DNA of 34,003 nucleotides from an uncultured Pseudomonadota bacterium (GTDB lineage: Bacteria > Pseudomonadota > Alphaproteobacteria > Rs-D84 > CACZYB01). The stretch is taken from positions 1-34,003 of the forward strand of contig CACZYB010000009.1 of the NCBI GenBank assembly GCA_902785275.1, read 5' to 3'. A program made the position numbers and the translations under genes. Positions 17,688 to 25,326 of the stretch are shown one piece after another (within the stretch, counting starts at the first letter, position 1; the number at the start of each line of letters is the position of its first letter). A model generated the notes under the pieces. It was not told the origin of the DNA. It saw only the letters and a list, made by a program, of their open reading frames with translations, and searched no databases.

Positions 17688-18836
17688 ATGAATTTGGTTT
17701 CTGTAAAGAAGATATTTGTTTTATTACTTGTTTGTGCATATCCTTTTGCTATGCAGGAGGATTGTTTTGCAAGAAAAAAACATTCTTCTAGATCCTCAAA
17801 AAAATCAAAAGCAAAAAAACGTACTGCATCAAAAAGTAATGTTGAAAAAGTTACAAAAGAAACTTCAAATAACACCGAAGAAGTAGCTGAAATTTCAAAC
17901 ACAAATACAGAAACAGTACAAACTTCATCTGTGAAAACAACGACATCATCATCAAGTACAGCGACAACAAACACTTCAACCGAAACCGCTTCTTCTGAAG
18001 GGGATGAAGTTGGTTCTGGTGCAGCAAAAGAAGTAAAAGATATGTCAAAGGATGAAAAATGGGAAGATTTCAGACTTTGTATGCAAACAAGCTGTGCTGG
18101 AAGCGATGAACAACCAAATAATGTTGAATGCTACAAAAGTTTGAATTTTGATAATGCGTTTATGAATTGTAAAATGCTTGTTGATGAAAATAAACGTGAA
18201 GATTTCAAAAATTATTTTACAGGACCTTTTATCAGGGCAGAAAAAAAAGAATTTTGTGAAGGCGATTTTTATGGTGGAAAATTTGATGAAGTTACTGGAA
18301 AATGTGCTATTACTGTAAAATATACCCGACCTTCATATAGCGGAAAACAATTTAAGTGCGACAGAGAGTCAAGATCTTTAGTATGGTATATTGATAACAG
18401 AAATTATGTTTGCGACGCAAGTTTGTTTGGTGTTGGAAATTGTTATCAAGACAGTGCAAACTATACTTCGGCACAGATTAAAAAGTGGACTGGTGTGGCA
18501 CAGTTGGCTGTTGGTACAGTTATGGGTGTGACTGCCGGCGTTACCGCAGGTATGAAAAATGTTAAGGAAGAAGTAACAACAAAAGATGCAGATGGAAATT
18601 ACAGAACCGAAAATGTTACTGTAAAGAATGCCGATGGTACAGATAAAAAAGCAGGAAAATTAGAAGGAATTTCCGCCGGATTACAAGCAAGTTCGGGTAT
18701 GCTTTCAACCGGTGGTACTGATTTGGCAACTGCCCTAATCCTTGAAAAAGAAAAAGGCGACAGAATTTTTGGTGTATGTAACTTACCAAATGGTGAAACT
18801 ATACCAGAAGGAAATTCTAAGAAGCTTTCATGGTAG
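17688..18836 (+). CDS. Secreted Cys-rich protein, paralog 4 (lacks first Cys module, has Ser/Thr linker)
   Basis: Signal peptide ending CFA|; basic segment; FRLCMQTSC; NYVCDASLFG ... GVCNLPNG; ends in W. Confidence 0.82.
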   Translation: MNLVSVKKIFVLLLVCAYPFAMQEDCFARKKHSSRSSKKSKAKKRTASKSNVEKVTKETSNNTEEVAEISNTNTETVQTSSVKTTTSSSSTATTNTSTETASSEGDEVGSGAAKEVKDMSKDEKWEDFRLCMQTSCAGSDEQPNNVECYKSLNFDNAFMNCKMLVDENKREDFKNYFTGPFIRAEKKEFCEGDFYGGKFDEVTGKCAITVKYTRPSYSGKQFKCDRESRSLVWYIDNRNYVCDASLFGVGNCYQDSANYTSAQIKKWTGVAQLAVGTVMGVTAGVTAGMKNVKEEVTTKDADGNYRTENVTVKNADGTDKKAGKLEGISAGLQASSGMLSTGGTDLATALILEKEKGDRIFGVCNLPNGETIPEGNSKKLSW

Positions 18837-18874
18837 GATTACCCTACTCTTTTAATCTTTTTAAAATTAATCTT

Positions 18875-19348
18875 TTATTTTTGGGGTTGGATTTTGTTTT
18901 CGATAAACTTTAGTGCACGATTTATATGATGTTCCAAAGTTTTATAATTCATATTCAATGAACCAGATCTGGCTGTAATAACAAAATCATAACCTTTAAT
19001 ATTAAAATTACGGATATTTTTATTGATTGCATATCTTAACCTGCGACGAATAAGGTTTCTTTTGTTCGCACGTTTAGATATACTTTTCACAGAAACAGTA
19101 AAGCCAACATGCAAATTTCCATCATTAAAGCGAGTTTCCGCCCAATGAATGAAAAATGCAGGTGTCAAAAAAAAGTTTGGGTTATCATCAGGACGTTTGG
19201 TCCCCTTTTCAAGAATACCCTTTCTAATCAATCTGTTAAAACCACGATTTATTATGGCAACAGGATTAATTCTGAAAAAATCGAGTTTACGACTTTTCAA
19301 AATACATATTTTAACAGGACTGTTTTTCTTTCTTAAAAAATTTACCAT
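18875..19348 (-). CDS. rnpA: Ribonuclease P protein component
   Basis: VGFTVS.K.ISKRANKRNLIRRRLR (RNR motif), GYDFVITAR; directly downstream of rpmH; start taken at MVNFL. Confidence 0.9.
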   Translation of the reverse strand: MVNFLRKKNSPVKICILKSRKLDFFRINPVAIINRGFNRLIRKGILEKGTKRPDDNPNFFLTPAFFIHWAETRFNDGNLHVGFTVSVKSISKRANKRNLIRRRLRYAINKNIRNFNIKGYDFVITARSGSLNMNYKTLEHHINRALKFIENKIQPQK

Positions 19349-19437
19349 GTAGAAAATAATATCAAAAAGTTTATTTTTTTCAATAAAAAAAAGGACCATT
19401 ACATAAACGGTCCAATTTAATTCTATGAATTTAAGTA

Positions 19438-19584
19438 TTAGAATTCAACTTGTACACAAAGGCGTTTTCTACCTTTTGCACGTCTTGCATTCAATACTTT
19501 TCTTCCGTTTAATGTTGCCATTCTTGCACGGAAACCATGTCTTCTTGATCTTACAATCTTTGATGGTTGAAATGTTCTTTTCAT
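19438..19584 (-). CDS. rpmH: 50S ribosomal protein L34
   Basis: Hand translation [48 protein letters not shown]; below the ORF-track length cutoff. Confidence 0.97.
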   Translation of the reverse strand: MKRTFQPSKIVRSRRHGFRARMATLNGRKVLNARRAKGRKRLCVQVEF

Positions 19585-19619
19585 AATATTCACCCTTTAG
19601 TTTTTAAAATAATGTGGTT

Positions 19620-19648
19620 ATTTTATATATAAAAGACAAAAAAGTCAA
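19620..19648 (-). promoter_or_regulatory. sigma70 promoter of rpmH
   Basis: TTGACT-N17-TAAAAT. Confidence 0.7.
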
Positions 19649-19669
19649 GCACAAAATAATAAAAAATTA

Positions 19670-20233
19670 CTATCTTGTAAATGGTGTTACACAATTATCG
19701 TATACAATCTGACAACATTTGCGATGAGCATTATCCCAAACCGGCACACCACTGGTCCCCAAAGAAGAAAGCGCGAATACTTCTTCGTTAAGAGGACATG
19801 CAGGATCGGTTTTACCATTTTTTACCTTTAATTCATCACAAGTTGCCTGTTTTTTACAGTGTTTACAGTCATGTTTGATAGGAACAAGCAATTCGTCACT
19901 GTCTTCCATATTACATGTAGAAACCAGACCATATTTTTTCAAATTTATATCTTCCCTTAAAATAGGAGATACAGGTTCATTTGAATAACTAGATACAACC
20001 TTTTGCAACTTTTTTAAATATGGACATTTGCCAGAAACTTCCTCTGGAGAAAAACCAATATCGGCACATTTTTCCCTGTTTTTACATTTTATATTGTTAC
20101 ATTCAAAGGAAATTTCACCAACAAGTTCCAAAAAGTTTTTATCGCTACCTTTATTTATTAGAACAAGAGAAGAGAAACCGGAAGAACGTTTCTTTTTGAA
20201 CTTTCCGTTTTCATTTTTGTATGTAAGTATCAT
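19670..20233 (-). CDS. Hypothetical Cys-rich cytoplasmic protein with two C-x2/4-C-x5-C-x13-CP units
   Basis: Start MILTYK after AAGGGA, just past the stop of the upstream 69-aa ORF; duplicated Cys cluster; no signal peptide. Confidence 0.7.
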   Translation of the reverse strand: MILTYKNENGKFKKKRSSGFSSLVLINKGSDKNFLELVGEISFECNNIKCKNREKCADIGFSPEEVSGKCPYLKKLQKVVSSYSNEPVSPILREDINLKKYGLVSTCNMEDSDELLVPIKHDCKHCKKQATCDELKVKNGKTDPACPLNEEVFALSSLGTSGVPVWDNAHRKCCQIVYDNCVTPFTR

Positions 20234-20249
20234 TTTTCTATCCCTTTTA

Positions 20250-20459
20250 TTATCTTGTTGGTTCGTAATAATCTTCTGGAATATAAAGACTGCAATCACA
20301 GCCATATTGTTTGCTTAGTCGATTAAAATCAGAAAATGAAGTTCTTTCATTAGAAGAAAAAACCTCACCTGTTGTATTGTTTACGATATGTACCGATTCA
20401 GAATCATTGATTTTAAAATTTTTCTTATTTTCTTTAGTATTTCTTGTAATATTGTTCAT
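20250..20459 (-). CDS. Small hypothetical protein
   Basis: Strong GAGGTG SD; operon-like spacing (16 nt) to the next gene. Confidence 0.6.
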   Translation of the reverse strand: MNNITRNTKENKKNFKINDSESVHIVNNTTGEVFSSNERTSFSDFNRLSKQYGCDCSLYIPEDYYEPTR

Positions 20460-20482
20460 TTTTCACCTCACTTGTTTTGACA

Positions 20483-20519
20483 AAATATATCTTGTTTACA
20501 AAATAGTCAAGATGTATTT
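20483..20519. promoter_or_regulatory. Inverted repeat (operator-like) over a divergent promoter
   Basis: AAATATATCTTG-N13-CAAGATGTATTT (11/12 match); overlaps minus-strand TTGACT-N17-TATTTT; plus-strand TTGACA-N16-TATTAT starts at 20531. Confidence 0.5.
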
Positions 20520-20698
20520 AAAGAAATATATTGACAATTTGTAATTTTTGTTTATTATATTATCTAACTATTTAAGATAAGTGAGGCGAAATAAATATAA
20601 TCAAAAAAAATAAATAAAAAGTTATTTCAGATATGAAAAATACTTTATTATGGAGAGTATTGCTGGTATAGTAAGACAATTTAATAGAAAGGTATAAA

Positions 20699-21142
20699 AT
20701 GAAAATAATTAATAACGAAAGTAAAAAAAGAAAAATCTTTTCAGAAGATGAAAAAATGTTTATCTGTTTGGAAGTAAAAACCCTTGCAGATATGGGTGTT
20801 GGGATTATGGGAGCAATGACTGAAGTTGCAAAAAAACATGGCATTTCTTTAAAAATGATTCAACGCTGGGATATGAAATTTAGAATCTTTAGTTCTGAAC
20901 AAAGAAATTGGACTATAGATGAAAAGGTTGAAATCTGCAATACAGTGAAAATCCTTATGGATATGAACAAATGCTCTGCACGTCACGTAATTGATTACCT
21001 TTACAAGACAAAAGGAAACAAACTTCCTGCTATTGAAAGTATTTACAGATTTAATAGAGAACTTGGCGGAATCTTTTCTGTAAAAGATAAAGTTACAGAT
21101 GTACCAATGAATTTAAGTATTAAAAAAAATAACTGTCGTTAA
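20699..21142 (+). CDS. HTH-repeat protein (2 repeats, IS3 OrfA/HTH_Tnp_1-like)
   Basis: FSEDEK..IC.EVK.L...G......EVAKKHGIS...IQRWD.KFRIFS plus a degenerate second copy; GAAAGG SD. Confidence 0.75.
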   Translation: MKIINNESKKRKIFSEDEKMFICLEVKTLADMGVGIMGAMTEVAKKHGISLKMIQRWDMKFRIFSSEQRNWTIDEKVEICNTVKILMDMNKCSARHVIDYLYKTKGNKLPAIESIYRFNRELGGIFSVKDKVTDVPMNLSIKKNNCR

Positions 21143-21158
21143 AAATGGAGATATAAAA

Positions 21159-21875
21159 ATGAATATAGTATTAGATGTAGAAGAAATTAGAAACACAACA
21201 AGACTTTCTGAATACGAAAGAGAAGCAATTTGCCAAGAAGTTAAAGCTCTTATCGACAACGGAATGGCTACTATAAGAGCAAAGAGTACTGTTGCAAATA
21301 AATATAATATTTCTATATCATCAATATCAAATTGGGACAGAAAATATGGTTTCTTTACAACACCTTATCTTACAGATGATATGAGGAAAGCAATTTGTGA
21401 AGAAGTGCAAAAACTAACTTTTTCTGGCTTAACAAAAAAGGAGGCCGAAAGAATTTTGGGAAATAAATACCATATATCCCCTGAAACAATACGAAAATGG
21501 GACTTAAATTTCAGAGAATTTAGTGCTGAGAAAAAAGAATTCACAAATGATGAAAAAATTGCAATCTGTAAAGAAGTAAAGATGATTATTGATGCTGGTG
21601 AAAAAGCTGAAGATGCAAAAAAAATAGTAGCTGAAAAATTCAATATTCACCCAAGCACAATACAACTTTGGGATATGGAGCTTAGAATCTTTAGTAAAAA
21701 TCACAAAACTGAAGAGATGAAGATCCAAATTTGTCAGGAAGTAAAAGCCCTTATCCAATCAGGAAAGAAAAGTAAAGAAGCATGTAGAATTATTTCTGAA
21801 AAATATAATCTTTACCCAAGTACGATAAGAACTTGGGACTTAAAATTCAGAATTTTTTCTGGCAGAGGTAGATAA
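21159..21875 (+). CDS. HTH-repeat protein (4 tandem ~56-aa repeats)
   Basis: Four copies of (T/S)..E(K/R).AIC.EVK.L...G....A..I(V/L)..KY.I.P.TI..WD..FRIFS; GGAG SD. Confidence 0.8.
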   Translation: MNIVLDVEEIRNTTRLSEYEREAICQEVKALIDNGMATIRAKSTVANKYNISISSISNWDRKYGFFTTPYLTDDMRKAICEEVQKLTFSGLTKKEAERILGNKYHISPETIRKWDLNFREFSAEKKEFTNDEKIAICKEVKMIIDAGEKAEDAKKIVAEKFNIHPSTIQLWDMELRIFSKNHKTEEMKIQICQEVKALIQSGKKSKEACRIISEKYNLYPSTIRTWDLKFRIFSGRGR

Positions 21876-21900
21876 AAATATCTTAAAATAAAGATAGATA

Positions 21901-21941
21901 AAAATAAAAAATGGGGCTTTTCTGTTGATAGGAAAGCCCCA
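21901..21941 (-). terminator. Terminator of the tmRNA transcript (probably also stops the convergent HTH genes)
   Basis: GGGGCTTTCC-N8-GAAAAGCCCC followed by a T-rich tract on the minus strand. Confidence 0.8.
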
Positions 21942-22213
21942 AACCCCACTTTAAGGGTTCTATATCCTCAAAGAATTTGGTTCGCTAAGCTTACTATTAA
22001 GCAGCCATTGCGAAAGAACGATTATCATTTGCGTTCATTTTTTTTGACCCGATTGAAAGTCGGAATCATCACTTGATACACCTTAATCCTTTATTGTATC
22101 CGTCGATGCTATTTTACCCCCATATATCTTTTTTTGGTGGAGGTATGGGGTACCGCCCCCCAGTCCGAAATACCTATTCCAATTAAGATTTAGTATCATA
22201 GTCATTGCTGACA
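21942..22213 (-). ncRNA. ssrA: Two-piece (circularly permuted) tmRNA
   Basis: Acceptor piece ends ...UGGGG-GGCGGUA-CCCCA-UACCUCC-ACCA at 22135; 13-nt intervening segment; coding piece starts GGGGGUA at 22121 (G3:U70 pair); tag ANDNRSFAMAA at 22032-21997 with TAA TAG TAA. Outer ends approximate. Confidence 0.95.
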
Positions 22214-22219
22214 TTTTCC

Positions 22220-22248
22220 AGTATACAAAAAATAATAACTTTTTTCAA
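22220..22248 (-). promoter_or_regulatory. sigma70 promoter of ssrA
   Basis: TTGAAA-N17-TATACT. Confidence 0.75.
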
Positions 22249-22332
22249 GAGCAATTATTTCTTAATCAAATCTGTTGGAATTAATTAAAAATTGTGATAC
22301 AATACTGGTATTTAATATTCAAGGGGTAAAAA

Positions 22333-23142
22333 ATGATTATCGAAAACATCAATGTAAAAGATAATAATATCGAAGAAATTGTAAAAACATACAAAGTTGA
22401 TAAAGACTTACTTCTTGATGTGCAAGATTCAAGCGAAATTGCTCGATTTTTGGAAAAGAATAGCTATACCGAAGTTATTCTTAAATACCCTATAAAAACA
22501 GAAGTTTTCACACTTGGAGTTTATGTGACAAAGGATATAATGTTACTTCTTCATACAGAAGAATTTCCTTATGAAATAAATGTTAATCACAAAACCAATC
22601 TTCTTGTTTTGGTGGATATTATTGATAAGATTACAGAAACTTATTTCAAACTTCTTAAAAATGTTGATAAGAAGATTAAAAAGATAAAAAGTTCATCAAA
22701 GACACGTGTTAAAAACTCCAGTCTTCTTTCCCTTTTTGAAATCCAAAACAATTTGGATGATTATGTGATGGGAATGAAAGGTAATCTTATTGTTATTGAA
22801 AAGATTTTACAAATACTTCATGGAAACGAATTTGTGAGCGATGCAAAGATTGAAAATAATCAAGCATTGGAAACTGCTCTATCCTATTCAAAAACTGTTT
22901 CAAATTTGAAAAGTACATTGGAAATTATCACCAACAACTTAACAAACAAACGTATGGAATCGCTTACTATCGTTAATGTTTCCGCCCTTATTATTACAAG
23001 TATTTCTGGGCTTTATGGAATGAATGTAAGACTTCCATTTGCGGAAAGCTATAATATATTTTATTGGCTTTTGTTTGGTGGATTGGGTCTTGCACTAACA
23101 ATTGGATTTTATATAAAAAGAATTTTTGCAGATAAAAAATAG
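22333..23142 (+). CDS. corA: CorA-family magnesium transporter
   Basis: N..M..LTI...SGLYGMNV.LPF signature and two C-terminal TMs. Confidence 0.9.
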   Translation: MIIENINVKDNNIEEIVKTYKVDKDLLLDVQDSSEIARFLEKNSYTEVILKYPIKTEVFTLGVYVTKDIMLLLHTEEFPYEINVNHKTNLLVLVDIIDKITETYFKLLKNVDKKIKKIKSSSKTRVKNSSLLSLFEIQNNLDDYVMGMKGNLIVIEKILQILHGNEFVSDAKIENNQALETALSYSKTVSNLKSTLEIITNNLTNKRMESLTIVNVSALIITSISGLYGMNVRLPFAESYNIFYWLLFGGLGLALTIGFYIKRIFADKK

Positions 23143-23163
23143 GCAAATCTGAAATATTTAGCC

Positions 23164-23191
23164 TTGACTTATTTGTGATTAATTATATAAT
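23164..23191 (+). promoter_or_regulatory. sigma70 promoter of tRNA-Gln
   Basis: TTGACT-N16-TATAAT, 12 nt before the tRNA. Confidence 0.7.
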
Positions 23192-23203
23192 TTCTTTCGT
23201 TAT

Positions 23204-23278
23204 TGGGGTGTCGCCAAGCGGTAAGGCAGCGGTTTCTGGTACCGCCATTCGTTGGTTCGAATCCAGCCACCCCAGCCA
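23204..23278 (+). tRNA. tRNA-Gln(CUG)
   Basis: TGGGGTG/CACCCCA acceptor stem, GCGGT-TTCTGGT-ACCGC anticodon arm, GGTTCGAATCC T arm, encoded CCA; 75 nt. Confidence 0.97.
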
Positions 23279-23291
23279 AAAAAGAATTGTC

Positions 23292-24251
23292 ATGAAAATA
23301 TCTAATAAATTACAGAAATTGGTGGACCAGGGATTGATATCTGAAAAGCAGGCAGAAAAGATTATGCTTTCGGAACAGGCAAAATCTTCTTGTCTTGCGT
23401 GGAAACTTTTGTATTGGATTTCTGGGTTATTTATTGGATTGGGATGCATTTTGGTTGTTGCATCCAACTGGGAAAATATTTCTATAAGTATAAAATTAAG
23501 TACAAATTACTGTATTTGGGCAGGGCTTCTTTTTGGTATATATTGGAGTAATAAAAATAAAAAGAAGTGGTTAAAAGAAATTTTTCTGACTAATTCATTT
23601 TTATTTGTTGGGGCTACAATTGCTTTACGAATGCAGATTTTTTCATTGGATTATGATTGGCAACATTTCATAAGATTGTGGTGTTTGTATAGCTTTCCAT
23701 TCGTAGTATTTAGCAAATTAATCTTTCTAAATCTTATCTGGGTTTATTTTTTATTTTCGATAATTGGTATTAGTGAATTAATTGATTATTTAGATGATTT
23801 TGATGATTTTATCGGGATTTGGATTGCAAGTATTATAGTTTTTGGTGTTTTTACTTACGTATTTGATAAGATTTATAAATTTATCAACAAAGCAATAATT
23901 TTACCAAAGGCGCTTTCTGTATTTTCATGTAATGTTATGTATATTATTGCGTTATTAGGTGGAGCAATTATTGAGGTTGAAGATAATGATTTTATAAATT
24001 TTTATGTATTTATATTTTTAGGAATCAGACTATTTTTATCCGCTCATAATAAAAACATTAAAGCCTTTATTATGAATATGCATTTATTGGAATTGTATAT
24101 TTTATTTTTGCTTTTCAATAATTTCAAAGATTTATTTACATCTGGTATTGGATTAATTTTAGGTGGAATTTTACTACTTTGTATTATTTTCGTATTAAAA
24201 AAGACAACAAAAATTATTAAAAATCTTCCTGTATTTAATAACAATAAATAA
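23292..24251 (+). CDS. DUF2157-like integral membrane protein
   Basis: [41 protein letters not shown] motifs. The ORF-track start (23175) runs through the tRNA; real start is ATG 23292. Confidence 0.75.
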   Translation: MKISNKLQKLVDQGLISEKQAEKIMLSEQAKSSCLAWKLLYWISGLFIGLGCILVVASNWENISISIKLSTNYCIWAGLLFGIYWSNKNKKKWLKEIFLTNSFLFVGATIALRMQIFSLDYDWQHFIRLWCLYSFPFVVFSKLIFLNLIWVYFLFSIIGISELIDYLDDFDDFIGIWIASIIVFGVFTYVFDKIYKFINKAIILPKALSVFSCNVMYIIALLGGAIIEVEDNDFINFYVFIFLGIRLFLSAHNKNIKAFIMNMHLLELYILFLLFNNFKDLFTSGIGLILGGILLLCIIFVLKKTTKIIKNLPVFNNNK

Positions 24252-24277
24252 AAGTTTAAATTTTATGATAACACTAT

Positions 24278-24308
24278 AAAAAAACTCCCCAGATTATGAG
24301 GAGTTTTA
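24278..24308. terminator. Bidirectional terminator
   Basis: AAAACTCC...GGAGTTTT hairpin between convergent genes. Confidence 0.65.
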
Positions 24309-24331
24309 ATTGTATTGAGCATATATAAAAA

Positions 24332-25189
24332 CTATCGTTCACCAAAAAGCTTGATACCAAAGAACGAATAAGTCTTTTTATTAACATAAGTAGACTTTCG
24401 TAAAAATGGAATCAAATCAAAAAGCTTATATAACTTTCTATTCAAAACAATACTTTCCAACGAGAAACCATGTTCCTTTGCATAGTTTTTAGCCAAATTG
24501 TTCATATACTTGTTATCATGATGAAGTTTTTTGTTTTTCTTTCGATTTTTAAGGTTAAGAATTGATTTCCCGTTGTATCTGTAAAAATATTGAACACTTG
24601 GGCAAGTTACAATCTTATTTGCATTTGTAAATGCAGGTATTGTGAACATAACATCTTCCATATAATAACCAACCATAAATGAAAGTTTTTGTTTTTTTAC
24701 AAAAGATGTTTTTATCAAATATCTCCAAACATATTTGTATTTAAAAGCATAAGTTTTTTCGATTTTATCATGCAAATTTGTAAAAATATAAGAGTTTGAG
24801 AAACGTACAGACTCGCTTGGATGTTTTTCAAAATAAAAGCCACCACACACAATATCCGCATCAGTAGAACCAATGGCATTTACCATTTTTTCATAGTAAT
24901 TAAGCGGGATAAAGTCATCACTATCAATAAAGTGGATATAATCACCGGTTGCATTTTTGATACCGGTATTTCTTGCCGCAGATAGCCCCATATTTTTTTG
25001 GTAAACATATTTTATACGTTTATCCTTTTTAATATACTCATTACAAATATCAATAGAACCATCTTTTGAACCATCGTTAACAATGATAATTTCAAGATTT
25101 TTATATGTTTGATGAATAACACTTTCCAAACATTGTGAAAGGTATTTTTCAACATTATATACAGGTATTATAACAGATATTTTATACAT
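24332..25189 (-). CDS. Glycosyltransferase family 2
   Basis: ISVIIPVYNVEKYL..CL.SV..QTY.NLEII.VNDGS.D, GLSAARN.G, FIDSDD, ED motif. Confidence 0.93.
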   Translation of the reverse strand: MYKISVIIPVYNVEKYLSQCLESVIHQTYKNLEIIIVNDGSKDGSIDICNEYIKKDKRIKYVYQKNMGLSAARNTGIKNATGDYIHFIDSDDFIPLNYYEKMVNAIGSTDADIVCGGFYFEKHPSESVRFSNSYIFTNLHDKIEKTYAFKYKYVWRYLIKTSFVKKQKLSFMVGYYMEDVMFTIPAFTNANKIVTCPSVQYFYRYNGKSILNLKNRKKNKKLHHDNKYMNNLAKNYAKEHGFSLESIVLNRKLYKLFDLIPFLRKSTYVNKKTYSFFGIKLFGER

Positions 25190-25326
25190 TCTTACTCCAA
25201 ATTTTTAAGTATTTTACTATACTTAACAGTATATTGTCAATAAAAAGTAAAATGAATAGATACTTTGATTTAAAAAAAATACCTATGGCAGGCACAGGTA
25301 TTTTGAAAATTAAATTTTATCTTGTC

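Noticed and set aside
13404-18836. The four paralogs as pilins cleaved by the adjacent peptidase
   Set aside because: Their N-termini are Sec/SPase I-type; no G|F...E5 class III motif
20633-20671. 12-aa uORF MKNTLLWRVLLV upstream of the HTH genes
   Set aside because: No SD and no attenuator structure; expected by chance
20699-21875. IS3-family insertion sequence
   Set aside because: Only OrfA-like HTH units; no DDE OrfB, terminal inverted repeats or target duplication seen
23175-23291. N-terminal 39 codons of the 358-aa ORF
   Set aside because: They translate through the promoter and tRNA-Gln; the real start is 23292
19670-24251. Integrative element at ssrA or tRNA-Gln
   Set aside because: No integrase, and no duplicated 3' end (att) found by eye
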